From positions 1 through 41,717 of the IMG/VR virus record IMGVR_UViG_3300001866_000020: 41,717 nucleotides of DNA. The stretch is one strand, 5' to 3'. The stretch is from a virus (lineage: Duplodnaviria; Caudoviricetes). Each line of letters starts with the position of its first letter. Position 1 is the first letter of the stretch. A model generated the notes under the pieces. The model did no database searches. It was not told the DNA's origin and saw only the letters and a list, made by a program, of their open reading frames with translations. The position numbers were made by a program, and so were the translations under genes. Shown here in pieces: positions 27,302-35,598 of this stretch.

Positions 27302-27344
27302 AAGGTTACTAAGAAAAATTGGGGTATATATTGAGATCTATTCT

Positions 27345-27599
27345 TCAGTTCAGTTTTACCAGCCGCCCGCCGCGGTTGACTATGCAGACTTTATTCCCGT
27401 CGCTTGGGGGCTTGTTGCGGTCCTCGATCGCCTGCTGCATCAGCTCCCCGATCCTGCCCAGGGCAAGGAGGTACCGATACTGCTCTTCAAGAGGCATCGC
27501 CCGCACTTCTGATACGGATATGTGGAATTCCCGGGCGATCAGGTAGAGTTCGAGCTCGTCTTCGACTTCTCCAGCGAGGTTACAGAAGACCGAACATAG
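27345..27599 (-). CDS. gpT-like -1 frame extension of the tail chaperone (G-T fusion, ~170 aa total)
   Basis: Open -1 frame after GGGAAAC: ...LYLIAREFHISVSEVRAMPLEEQYRYL... Confidence 0.78.
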   Translation of the reverse strand, partial: LCSVFCNLAGEVEDELELYLIAREFHISVSEVRAMPLEEQYRYLLALGRIGELMQQAIEDRNKPPSDGNKVCIVNRGGRLVKLN

Positions 27600-27856
27600 T
27601 TTCCCAGAGCGCGGATCCCCTTCTCATTGATGCGCTCCAGGTCCTGCACCAGGGCAAAGTACCTCTCTTCGTCTTCAGCGAATTCAAGGATTTTTTCCCG
27701 GTTGATCTTCGGTTCTACAACCGAGGCAAGGATCATCCCCATATGAATATCGGCAAGATCCCGGTCCCCGGGACCGATAAGCTTCGAGACCTGGTAGCTG
27801 TTCAGTTTCTTGACTTTCCAGATCTCCTCTCCGACTTTAACTTCGATAAGTTCCAT
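27539..27856 (-). CDS. Tail assembly chaperone (gpG-like)
   Basis: Between tube and tape measure genes; GAGGTGA RBS; slippery site at 27599-27605. Confidence 0.8.
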   Translation of the reverse strand: MELIEVKVGEEIWKVKKLNSYQVSKLIGPGDRDLADIHMGMILASVVEPKINREKILEFAEDEERYFALVQDLERINEKGIRALGNYVRSSVTSLEKSKTSSNST

Positions 27857-27873
27857 GATTCACCTCGAAAAAG

Positions 27874-28254
27874 TTAAGCGCCGAAGACCTGCGTCATTGT
27901 CCTGCCCAGGAAGGTGATCGTCACGGTCGGGGCCTTGGAAATGTCCCCGGATACCTTCGGGGTATCGAGCTCGGCATCGGTGACTGTGCAGGTGTATCCC
28001 GGAGCAGTATAAACGATAACAACCTTTTCGTTGTTCTCGGCATACTCGTTGAGAGCCTGCAGGTCCTCGTTGGTCACAACCACCTCAAAAGACCCGGTGG
28101 GTTTCTGGTACGTGTGGTTAATGCCAATAACCCCCTGCGAAGACTCGATGTGCGATTTCTTATTACCCTTGTCGGCTTCAAATTTGTTGATTTTTTTCGC
28201 CTCAACAGCCCCGATCTTCAGGCTGCAGTCTTCCGCACTCCAATCTTCTGTCAT
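27874..28254 (-). CDS. Tail tube protein
   Basis: 126-aa beta-rich gene immediately after the sheath. Confidence 0.78.
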   Translation of the reverse strand: MTEDWSAEDCSLKIGAVEAKKINKFEADKGNKKSHIESSQGVIGINHTYQKPTGSFEVVVTNEDLQALNEYAENNEKVVIVYTAPGYTCTVTDAELDTPKVSGDISKAPTVTITFLGRTMTQVFGA

Positions 28255-28255
28255 A

Positions 28256-29311
28256 TCAGATCGCCTCCAGTGTCAGGTTCAGATCAAATTCCTGGATGTC
28301 TCCAGCCAACCGGGCCCAGACGTAGATTCCGGAGAGTTTGCGATCCTGCAGATCGTCGTCCGGGATCTCATCGAGCTTCGGCATTGTGATGGAATACTCG
28401 CTGATGGCACCATTCGCCTTGATGCCCTCCATTGCACCACGGATCTCGCCTTCGATGAACTTGAGGCCGGCATCGGTGAACGGGATCTTCGCCGTTGCGA
28501 TCCGGTACGCGGCAATGGCGTTCTGCAGGACCTGAATGCAGTAGTACTTCGTCCTGGTGATGTCGATGTATTTCGGGACCCCGTCGGACTTCGTGCACAG
28601 GCCTTGGCTGACACGGGTAATCCCATCACCAAGATTGGTAATGTAGTTCGCCTTCGCGGCCTCGAGAGTCGGGCCCTGGGTCGGGAGGAAGAAGGCATTC
28701 ACATCGGTGACGATCTCCTTCCAGTATGGAGAGACCCAGGGCTTGAGTGACATGATCAGGCCCAGGGCAGCGGCTGCCACATCGCCGGCCTGATCGGTGT
28801 CGTTATGCGCCAGGAAGAAACCGTTCACTGAGCTGAGCGCAGCCATCGCTCCGGTAATGTCCGAGACCGTTGCGGCATTGGGGTTGGTCACGGTGAAGAT
28901 CACGCTGTTGGTATCGGCGAATGTCTTCAGTTTCGCGGTCAGGGTTGTACTGTCGCTTTCGATTCCGGCAAGGCAAACACCGTGAATGAGCCGGCCAGTT
29001 GCGTAGGTGGTCAATGTTGCAAGTGCTGTCTCGATTTCAGTTGCGGTCGGGGTTCCAGGGACGGCCGCGGTGACTGCGACAGCATAGAGCCTGCGGACTC
29101 CCTGTGCGAAGACAGCTGCTGCAGCAACTGAAACGGCGGATGAGTTCCCGTGATCGGCTTTCACAGCATCGATGCTGGTATAGAGCTTCGGGGTGTCCTT
29201 GGTCGCGTATGTGCTTTCCCCGACGATCGCAGGTGCGCCCCACTGGGTGGCGAACCGGGATGCGGGAACCACAGACACGTTGATCGTAATGGCATCAGGT
29301 ATGTTTCCCAT
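28256..29311 (-). CDS. Tail sheath protein (DUF3383-like, minimal)
   Basis: YIDITR, KIPFTDAG, DRKLSGI...LAGDI. Confidence 0.9.
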   Translation of the reverse strand: MGNIPDAITINVSVVPASRFATQWGAPAIVGESTYATKDTPKLYTSIDAVKADHGNSSAVSVAAAAVFAQGVRRLYAVAVTAAVPGTPTATEIETALATLTTYATGRLIHGVCLAGIESDSTTLTAKLKTFADTNSVIFTVTNPNAATVSDITGAMAALSSVNGFFLAHNDTDQAGDVAAAALGLIMSLKPWVSPYWKEIVTDVNAFFLPTQGPTLEAAKANYITNLGDGITRVSQGLCTKSDGVPKYIDITRTKYYCIQVLQNAIAAYRIATAKIPFTDAGLKFIEGEIRGAMEGIKANGAISEYSITMPKLDEIPDDDLQDRKLSGIYVWARLAGDIQEFDLNLTLEAI

Positions 29312-29337
29312 GGTCACGGGGTTCGGGGAAAGAGGAT

Positions 29338-29351
29338 ATTAAGAAAAGTCA
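29338..29351 (-). promoter_or_regulatory. Late-promoter motif TGACTTTTCTTAAT
   Basis: 39 nt upstream of ATG 29311; its TGA is the upstream stop codon. Confidence 0.8.
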
Positions 29352-29909
29352 GGAGGTGGTGAAAGTAGGATCCTCGACCGTATCGATCGTCCAGACAGTC
29401 TTTTGATAGGTGTTGTCGTACCGGATGAGGACATCCATCTGCCGGCGCTCGATCTCGTTCTCGAGGTACGAAAGATCCGATATCCCTGTATCGTCCACGA
29501 CCTCGTTGACAGCTGGCAGGTCCCGCAGCACCCAAGTTTTCAGGAGCTCGCAGTACGCATCGATGATCTCACCGGCTGGCGGTGTGGCGGCATCCTTCAC
29601 ATGCACGTTAATCGATAAGGTGACCTGCCGTTTCTGCCCGTACGTGTACCGGAGATCGCTGACGCCGTCGGTCCCGGTCGGGACCACCTCGCGACCGTAC
29701 TGCCGGTTCCCGGGAGTGGCCTCGTTATCCCTGCGGTCCGCATAGTACCGGAGTGTGACGGCGATCGGGCTGGTCTTCAGGATCTCGTTGACGGTCTTGC
29801 CGCGGTCCGCATACTCGACATGGGCTGCGTAGGTGGTAGGAGAGATCGTGACGGATTTCGGTATGCTTGCGAGGATCCCGGCTTTGTTCAGCGGGCGGGG
29901 GGCGGTCAT
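29349..29909 (-). CDS. Tail terminator / completion protein
   Basis: Position before the sheath; ISDLSYLE..IERRQMDVLIRY; ATGA coupling. Confidence 0.7.
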   Translation of the reverse strand: MTAPRPLNKAGILASIPKSVTISPTTYAAHVEYADRGKTVNEILKTSPIAVTLRYYADRRDNEATPGNRQYGREVVPTGTDGVSDLRYTYGQKRQVTLSINVHVKDAATPPAGEIIDAYCELLKTWVLRDLPAVNEVVDDTGISDLSYLENEIERRQMDVLIRYDNTYQKTVWTIDTVEDPTFTTS

Positions 29910-30334
29910 AATATCCCTTTCCATTGCAGGATCCAGCCAATGCAAACCAGGGCAAGAGCTGCAACGGTCCCCCACCGTGCAACCGAATTATTCCAGAACT
30001 TGTCCCATGAGGTTTCCACGGCCTGCTCTCCGTTGCAGTGCATATCGTAGAGTTCCTGTTTTTTCTTCATCGCTTCGATATCCCGGGCGTTCTGCTGGCT
30101 GATGGCGGCGCCGTGTTCACGGAGGTCCTCGACCTTGTTGTCGATTTTCTCGATCGAGGCATAGATCTCCTCCTTGCATCTGCTGCAGCTCGTGTTGTTT
30201 CCGGCAACTAGTGCTTTCAGGTCCCCGATTTCCCGCCCGATCCCAGCAGTCCGGCCATCGAGTCCCCCAACAACACCCTTGAGGTCTCCGATCTCCTTGG
30301 TAAGCGCGAGAATGGCCGCAGTCGTCTCGTCCAT
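29906..30334 (-). CDS. Coiled-coil protein with one C-terminal TM helix (XhlA/holin-like architecture)
   Basis: Heptad-rich body, WGTVAALALVCIGWILQW tail; has its own late motif. Confidence 0.6.
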   Translation of the reverse strand: MDETTAAILALTKEIGDLKGVVGGLDGRTAGIGREIGDLKALVAGNNTSCSRCKEEIYASIEKIDNKVEDLREHGAAISQQNARDIEAMKKKQELYDMHCNGEQAVETSWDKFWNNSVARWGTVAALALVCIGWILQWKGIL

Positions 30335-30355
30335 GAAACAACGAGGGCCAAATAT

Positions 30356-30372
30356 ATTAAAAAACGAAGTCA
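30356..30372 (-). promoter_or_regulatory. Late-promoter motif TGACTTCGTTTTTTAAT
   Basis: 37 nt upstream of ATG 30334; its TGA is the upstream stop codon. Confidence 0.75.
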
Positions 30373-30873
30373 CTGCACGAAGAACTTGTCGATCGCAGTG
30401 TTCCACCGGTTGCGGATGATGGCCGTGATCGCCTCCTTCTCCTCATCGAACACGAGCCGGAACAGCGGCCGCTCCGGAATGTGGTTCCAGGTATGGATCA
30501 TCCCGCCGGCAACGATGCTGCCGCCGTTTGTGCCGAATTCGAGACAATAGGCGATGAAGGCCTTCTCGTGATCGAAAATTCCCACCTGGATCGAAACAGG
30601 AATGGACCCTTCGATCGTATGTGTGATCAGTCCGATGAGCTCCCCGGTATCGATCCACGCCTTCGAGGACTTCTTCCTTCGGATTGTTACCGGGGAAAGC
30701 GAGACCCAGCTAGGATCCTGCTTGGTGATCTTATCGACCAGTTTGTTTTCGAGGTACTGGCCGACCTCTTCCGCGATATCGCCCAGGATCTCCGGCACGG
30801 CTGCCATGAACTTCGGAATGTTGTTGATGTCCTTGACGGTCGAGATTCCGACTCTAGGACTTGTCGCTGCCAT
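30370..30873 (-). CDS. Neck / virion morphogenesis protein (HK97 gp10 / Mu gpG-like)
   Basis: LSPVTIRRK, IDTGEL, LEFGT, IPERPLFR. Confidence 0.88.
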   Translation of the reverse strand: MAATSPRVGISTVKDINNIPKFMAAVPEILGDIAEEVGQYLENKLVDKITKQDPSWVSLSPVTIRRKKSSKAWIDTGELIGLITHTIEGSIPVSIQVGIFDHEKAFIAYCLEFGTNGGSIVAGGMIHTWNHIPERPLFRLVFDEEKEAITAIIRNRWNTAIDKFFVQ

Positions 30874-31219
30874 CAACCGTACCCCCGTGCTCTGCAAGTA
30901 CAACATCTCGGCATTCCGGCTTACAAAACGGGAAAATGACGATGTTGTACCGCTTCTTCGACGAGATATAGAACTCTTCGAGCTGCTTCTTAGTCATCGG
31001 GACTTTACCGCTGCATCGTGGATTCGTGCAGGGGACCCAAACGATCTCGTCCTGGATCTCGCTTTTGATCTTCAGGGCGGCTTCGAGGGCCTCATGATCG
31101 ACCTTATCAAGCGGGATCCACTGCTCCTTCCGTTTTCCAGCGACAGTCACACGTCGGACGAGATACGGTTTTCCGACCCGATTGTACCGAAAATAAGCCC
31201 GTTCCTGCGGTGCCCCCAT
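30854..31219 (-). CDS. Basic protein with a treble-clef-like Cys motif
   Basis: YLVRRVTVAGKRKEQWI and CTNPRC...FCKPEC. Confidence 0.65.
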   Translation of the reverse strand: MGAPQERAYFRYNRVGKPYLVRRVTVAGKRKEQWIPLDKVDHEALEAALKIKSEIQDEIVWVPCTNPRCSGKVPMTKKQLEEFYISSKKRYNIVIFPFCKPECRDVVLAEHGGTVDGSDKS

Positions 31220-31229
31220 GGTGTCACCC

Positions 31230-31508
31230 CTATACGGCCCCTATTTTTACATTCGACCGCACAACGCGCTGGAAATCCGTGACACCGCGGTGGCCTTCGA
31301 GATCTACCTTTCCCTGCTTGACCATGGCGAGGTCATTGATGTACTCGTCCGGGTAAACTTTGCCGGTCCGGTAGTTGATGACGATCGCGGGGATCAGAAG
31401 CGGGATCCTCGTCTTTGTGCAGCTCGGGCGCTGCGGGCATTCGGCTGTGCAAAACCCCCTGTTCGGGCAAAATGGTATGGCCGGTGTTGACTGTATGCTT
31501 GCAGGCAT
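31230..31508 (-). CDS. Small Cys-cluster protein
   Basis: FCPNRGFCTAECPQRPSC; GGAGG and a late motif upstream. Confidence 0.55.
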   Translation of the reverse strand: MPASIQSTPAIPFCPNRGFCTAECPQRPSCTKTRIPLLIPAIVINYRTGKVYPDEYINDLAMVKQGKVDLEGHRGVTDFQRVVRSNVKIGAV

Positions 31509-31530
31509 AATTTCTGTACGATCTCCTCCA

Positions 31531-31544
31531 ATAAAAACGGGTCG
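31531..31544 (-). promoter_or_regulatory. Late-promoter motif (variant) CGACCCGTTTTTAT
   Basis: 35 nt upstream of ATG 31508. Confidence 0.55.
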
Positions 31545-31545
31545 A

Positions 31546-31914
31546 TTACGCCCGTCGTTTCAGCAGATAGACGTGTCGTAATGGCATTCCGAATTTTGGA
31601 AGGATATACGAGGTCCTTTCTCTGGCTTTCACCGTCCACACCGTGACCACGCTATCGGTCTCTGTCACCTCAAGAATATCTCCAACACCCAGGACGGCGC
31701 TTGTCGAGATCCTTCGATCACCGATCACATACTCTCCTTCCGGTAGTCGCTGCAGGTCCTTCGCGGTGATGTCCTGGACATTGCCCTTGATCGCAACGGG
31801 TGTTCCTTGAGAGCCCGGCTGCCAGGTTCCGGTTGTCTGGCTCGATCCCCCGGCCATTTGTGGGACGTGCATGATCTGGCCGGGAAAATCAAAGACGGAG
31901 AAGACGTCACCCAT
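31546..31914 (-). CDS. Head closure protein
   Basis: IKGNVQ...DLQRLPEG motif; neck position. Confidence 0.75.
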   Translation of the reverse strand: MGDVFSVFDFPGQIMHVPQMAGGSSQTTGTWQPGSQGTPVAIKGNVQDITAKDLQRLPEGEYVIGDRRISTSAVLGVGDILEVTETDSVVTVWTVKARERTSYILPKFGMPLRHVYLLKRRA

Positions 31915-31915
31915 G

Positions 31916-32266
31916 TTAGACAACCTCGAACGGACACTTGCCCAGAAGTTCCAGCAGGGCGTTGAGATCCTTCTCGATCTCGACTTTCGATGCGACCAGG
32001 TCAACCAGGCTGACGCTGTCAGAACCACCGGAAATCGATGTTACTGCCCGACTCTGGATGCGGTTGATGAAGTCCGTAATGACATCCTTCCCGGCCATAA
32101 GCCGCTGGGCCTTGGCTCCGAGGACTGTATCCACATTGACACCCTTCAGTTCAAGGGTTGCCCTTGCTTCGTCGAGTGCCTCCTGAATATCCTCATCGGA
32201 GAAGAGATATGGCTCTGTAACATCATTCAGTGGCCGACGCCGGACTTTTTCTACAGTGGTTGCCAT
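31916..32266 (-). CDS. Head-tail adaptor protein
   Basis: FSDEDIQEALDEA, VTSISGGSDSVS; directly after the capsid gene. Confidence 0.78.
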   Translation of the reverse strand: MATTVEKVRRRPLNDVTEPYLFSDEDIQEALDEARATLELKGVNVDTVLGAKAQRLMAGKDVITDFINRIQSRAVTSISGGSDSVSLVDLVASKVEIEKDLNALLELLGKCPFEVV

Positions 32267-32273
32267 AAAAAAA
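32267..32273 (-). terminator. Oligo-T (T7) terminator candidate after the major capsid gene
   Basis: TAATCCCTTTTTTT directly between the capsid stop and the next ATG. Confidence 0.5.
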
Positions 32274-32277
32274 GGGA

Positions 32278-33225
32278 TTATCCTGCGGTGTACTTGAGCT
32301 GGTCAAGAACCACACCGAGGTCGGGGGCCTCGATCGCGGGGCGACCCTGTTCCTGCAGCCAGTACCTCCAGGCAATGTTGGGATCGCCGAGATACTTCCC
32401 CTCAACGAAGGTGATCTGCAGCGGGCGGGTCTCGACCCAGTCACCGATCAGCTTCGACCGGAGACAGATCACTTGGCCGGCATCAGCGGGATCGGATGCA
32501 GGGTCGTATGCGATGTCCATATCGGCGATCCGTGGTCCAACGGAGCCGGTCGCGACAAAACCTCCCTGGGTGGCACCCTGGTTGTTGTAGAGTTGGTTCT
32601 TGATGTAATCGAACCCTTTGAGACGAAGGTCCATCAGGTCCGACATGATGCAGGTATCCGGAGAGAAGGCCTGTTTGGTTGCTGTCTTCATTGTCACCTT
32701 TGCCTGGCCGAGATCGGTAATCGGATCTCCTTTGGTATCACCGGTGTACACGTTCCAGAATGTCCCGTGCACCTTTGCGCACTTCTCGATGATCTCAGTG
32801 TAGATCAAGGCATCGGCGAAGGCAGACATCTCGTAGGTTGCACGCTGGACGTTCCGGGCAATGGAGGTCACGTTGGAGAAATCGAGCTCGTCTCTGGTGA
32901 TGTCAAAGTAGACACCATACGGCTCTATCTTAGCCTGTTCGCGGGCGTGCTTGAAGTCGATCTTCCTCCATCCGCCTTTCTCGTTGATCCAGTTGACGCC
33001 ACCCGTAGGGGCCTGTTCGCGGCGGACCATGATGATCGGGCCCTGATTCCCACGGAATCCGAGGAACTGACGGCCGATGAGACCTTTCTGCCAGGCCTCG
33101 ATGATGTAAGATTCGATATCGGTCGGGAGGATAGTCGGATTGTCGGCGAGGGCCAGGTCTTCCTGGTCAAAGGCAGCCGGGTTTTGGTTTAGGTCTTCGG
33201 GGGGTGCTCCGGGAATCCTGTTCAT
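32278..33225 (-). CDS. Major capsid protein (HK97 fold)
   Basis: 315 aa; YGVYFDITRDEL, DPITDL...PDTCIM; GAGGTGA RBS; position. Confidence 0.88.
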   Translation of the reverse strand: MNRIPGAPPEDLNQNPAAFDQEDLALADNPTILPTDIESYIIEAWQKGLIGRQFLGFRGNQGPIIMVRREQAPTGGVNWINEKGGWRKIDFKHAREQAKIEPYGVYFDITRDELDFSNVTSIARNVQRATYEMSAFADALIYTEIIEKCAKVHGTFWNVYTGDTKGDPITDLGQAKVTMKTATKQAFSPDTCIMSDLMDLRLKGFDYIKNQLYNNQGATQGGFVATGSVGPRIADMDIAYDPASDPADAGQVICLRSKLIGDWVETRPLQITFVEGKYLGDPNIAWRYWLQEQGRPAIEAPDLGVVLDQLKYTAG

Positions 33226-33800
33226 ATGATCACCTCAATGTTGCCGCCGTCAGCGGCACCGACCCAGGCAATACCCTTGATGAGGGTCGGAAGGACACCA
33301 CCAGTAAGAACTGTCGCAATGGTAAGGGTCCCTGCGACATCAAGGGTGGGCTGAGCTGAGGTAGAGAGGACCGCGGTCTCTCCAACAGGTACCGCAACCG
33401 TAAGGGCCTCGGTGGGCGTGCTTGCGGCTGCCAGGTTCGCTACTTTCTTCCACTTCTGCGGGTCGGTAGCTCCGTCGCCGAGGTAGTCACCTGCAGCAAC
33501 GACGCCTTCTGCCTTTCCGCGGAGGACCTGGTGGTTGAATCCGAGGGGAGCAACCTGCAGGTTGGTGCTGGCCTTAATTCCCTCCGGATAGAGAGATTCG
33601 TGAATGCTCATGAGTGCCCGGCAGTGGACCGGCTGGCCCGCTGATGCAACTTTGACCTGGCGGTTGCCGGTGATGGCCATACCGTCTCCGGCACGGACAT
33701 AGAAGCCGTCGCTGTCCTTGGTCTGGGTCGGATCGAGCTTGGCATTCAGGCCCTGGTTGCTGATCGGTTCAACTTCAGGATCGGGGTAAAACTGTACCAT
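33222..33800 (-). CDS. Head decoration / cement protein
   Basis: Gly/Ala-rich, VAAGDYL and GIAW..AADG motifs; between scaffold and capsid genes. Confidence 0.7.
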   Translation of the reverse strand: MVQFYPDPEVEPISNQGLNAKLDPTQTKDSDGFYVRAGDGMAITGNRQVKVASAGQPVHCRALMSIHESLYPEGIKASTNLQVAPLGFNHQVLRGKAEGVVAAGDYLGDGATDPQKWKKVANLAAASTPTEALTVAVPVGETAVLSTSAQPTLDVAGTLTIATVLTGGVLPTLIKGIAWVGAADGGNIEVII

Positions 33801-33807
33801 GATTCAC

Positions 33808-34200
33808 CTACCTCCCCTTGGGCACGCCGAAGTGTGCGATCGCACGACGCCGCGACAGGTCCTGGGGAGACTGCCCTGCGGGTGAACTACCACCTGCGGA
33901 CAGGCTCTTCTCAGTGCTACCAGGTGCAGCCGGGGGCTGTGCCTGTGTTCTCTTTTCAAGGTCCGCTTTATAGGCGGTGAGCTGGTCCATGGACAGCGAC
34001 TCGAGGAATTTCGGGTCGGTGTCCTTATGCAGCGCAAGGATGGCCGCAATAACCGGGGCCTTCTGGGCCTTGGCAAGTTCAGCATCCTTGGCAGCGAGCT
34101 GGGTGTCCTTTGCGGCCAGCTGGTCGTCCTTTTCCTTGAGCTGGTGTTTCAGATCTTTGATTTCCTGCTCAAGTTTGGCGAGATCTTCTTGCGTTGCCAT
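33808..34200 (-). CDS. Nested in-frame scaffold protein (MATQEDLAKLEQ..., 130 aa)
   Basis: In-frame ATG with a consensus late motif 39 nt upstream, inside the protease ORF. Confidence 0.75.
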   Translation of the reverse strand: MATQEDLAKLEQEIKDLKHQLKEKDDQLAAKDTQLAAKDAELAKAQKAPVIAAILALHKDTDPKFLESLSMDQLTAYKADLEKRTQAQPPAAPGSTEKSLSAGGSSPAGQSPQDLSRRRAIAHFGVPKGR

Positions 34201-34863
34201 GTTCACGGGGTTTGAAGAATCCGCACATAAAGAAAAGTCAGGGGAACGCGCCGGTATCCTTGATTCCTGGACGAGTCTGGCGAGATCTACGTGGCGCGAT
34301 AGTTCTTTCAGGATCCCGGCATCCGTGCAGGCCGGATCAGGAACCGTACCTACGTGGATGAAATCGAAGTTCACCATGGAGACATTCTCCTGGGCGCTCT
34401 TCGGCATGAGCCACTGGCCGCGGAGCCGTGCTGAGAACCGGACCAGCTCGGGAGCCCAGTCCATCAGATCCTTGATCTTGTCGCCCGGTGGAAGATTCGA
34501 TTTGCACTCAAGATCGAAAATGGCCCCTTCCTTCATCCCATCCTTGGTCTGGGCCTTCCCATAGGTCACGGCAATGGTCTTCCCATACATCTGGGTCATG
34601 TCGTCACTGTGCCCGTTCATGGCCGGGATAATATACATGCCCCGCGCAGCTTTGGTATCGTTTGCCCGTTTACACGCGGCCTTTATCTCCTTGTCGCTGA
34701 AATCGGTGTCGTTCCATGTCCCCGGGGACAGCAGCAGGATCCGGCGCCGGAATATGGTCGGGTCCTTGGAATCTTCCTTCGCGAGATCCTGACATGCATC
34801 GTCCGCGAGGACATAGGCCTGAAGGTTAGTCAGGTCTAGCACTTTTTCGATAAACTCTACCAT
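33808..34863 (-). CDS. Prohead protease-scaffold fusion (Mu gpI-like)
   Basis: LLSPGTW, NGH, FSARL, HVGTVPDPAC protease part followed by a coiled coil. Confidence 0.82.
   Translation of the reverse strand: MVEFIEKVLDLTNLQAYVLADDACQDLAKEDSKDPTIFRRRILLLSPGTWNDTDFSDKEIKAACKRANDTKAARGMYIIPAMNGHSDDMTQMYGKTIAVTYGKAQTKDGMKEGAIFDLECKSNLPPGDKIKDLMDWAPELVRFSARLRGQWLMPKSAQENVSMVNFDFIHVGTVPDPACTDAGILKELSRHVDLARLVQESRIPARSPDFSLCADSSNPVNMATQEDLAKLEQEIKDLKHQLKEKDDQLAAKDTQLAAKDAELAKAQKAPVIAAILALHKDTDPKFLESLSMDQLTAYKADLEKRTQAQPPAAPGSTEKSLSAGGSSPAGQSPQDLSRRRAIAHFGVPKGR
34227..34240 (-). promoter_or_regulatory. Intragenic late-promoter motif TGACTTTTCTTTAT
   Basis: Identical 14-mer to the portal copy; 39 nt upstream of ATG 34200. 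Confidence 0.8.
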
Positions 34864-34886
34864 GGGTGCCGGGGTCGATAGATACC

Positions 34887-34903
34887 ATTAAAAAAGAAAG
34901 TCG
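34887..34903 (-). promoter_or_regulatory. Late-promoter motif CGACTTTCTTTTTTAAT
   Basis: 39 nt upstream of ATG 34863. Confidence 0.75.
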
Positions 34904-34917
34904 TTGAAATACACACT

Positions 34918-35598
34918 ATGCGATGGCAATTTTTGGTAAAAGTTATAATATTCCTGATCTTATTGTCGGCTATTCCCGTCGGTTTGATTGTTTTCATGAT
35001 AAATACGGGTTTTCAATTTTACGGTGTTTTAGCGGTCGTCGCATACTTGCAATTCTTGCTGCTGTGGTCGCAAGCTGAAATTGGACTTAAGCAACATGTT
35101 CTCTTCGCATCGCAATTTGAACCTTTCTTTAAGCTGGACTATGGGACTTCTGTTGAAAATGACGTCGTATTGACAATAACCAATGTGAGCAACAACCCTG
35201 TATATCAGATGGGAGTTGGTCGACTCCTCGATTTTCAGAAAAAACCAATCAGACCGCAAGAATGGGAGAAGTCAATATACATTAATTATTATCAGGGACC
35301 GAGAATTCCCTCGGTAGATATCGCCCCGGGGGAAATCGCGAGAATTTTTATTTTGGGGTACACGGAATCCCGTTTTAAGGGCAGTACTATTGAGATGATT
35401 TACTGGAATAAGCTCGGGGAAATGAAGTCCCTTTTAATCTCGTTGAGGAGTTTCAGCGCATATTTTACCCAGCCCCCGATGGAAGAACCCGGTGTGCTCC
35501 TCAATACATTTCAGGAAATCCGTCTCTTCTTTTCTATGCTGATGTATGACTTGTATTCGTGGAAACGGGAGAGGTATGTGAAAAAGAGATCAAAATAG
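34918..35598 (+). CDS. Moron: AT-rich membrane protein on the opposite strand
   Basis: Two N-terminal TM helices; visibly lower GC; interrupts the head operon. Confidence 0.78.
   Translation: MRWQFLVKVIIFLILLSAIPVGLIVFMINTGFQFYGVLAVVAYLQFLLLWSQAEIGLKQHVLFASQFEPFFKLDYGTSVENDVVLTITNVSNNPVYQMGVGRLLDFQKKPIRPQEWEKSIYINYYQGPRIPSVDIAPGEIARIFILGYTESRFKGSTIEMIYWNKLGEMKSLLISLRSFSAYFTQPPMEEPGVLLNTFQEIRLFFSMLMYDLYSWKRERYVKKRSK

Noticed and set aside
21815-28254. Many tail genes begin MTD/MTE (two begin MTDVD)
   Set aside because: Largely explained by ATGA/GTGA stop-start overlaps; no wider homology seen
18777-29311. Stand-alone contractile injection system or tailocin (sheath, tube, spike, PAAR)
   Set aside because: A complete head, packaging and integration gene set is present, so this is a viral tail
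32292-32305. TGAC exactly 38 nt upstream of ATG 32266
   Set aside because: The following bases (CAGCTCAAGT) lack the pyrimidine tract and TATA-like box; not counted as a motif copy
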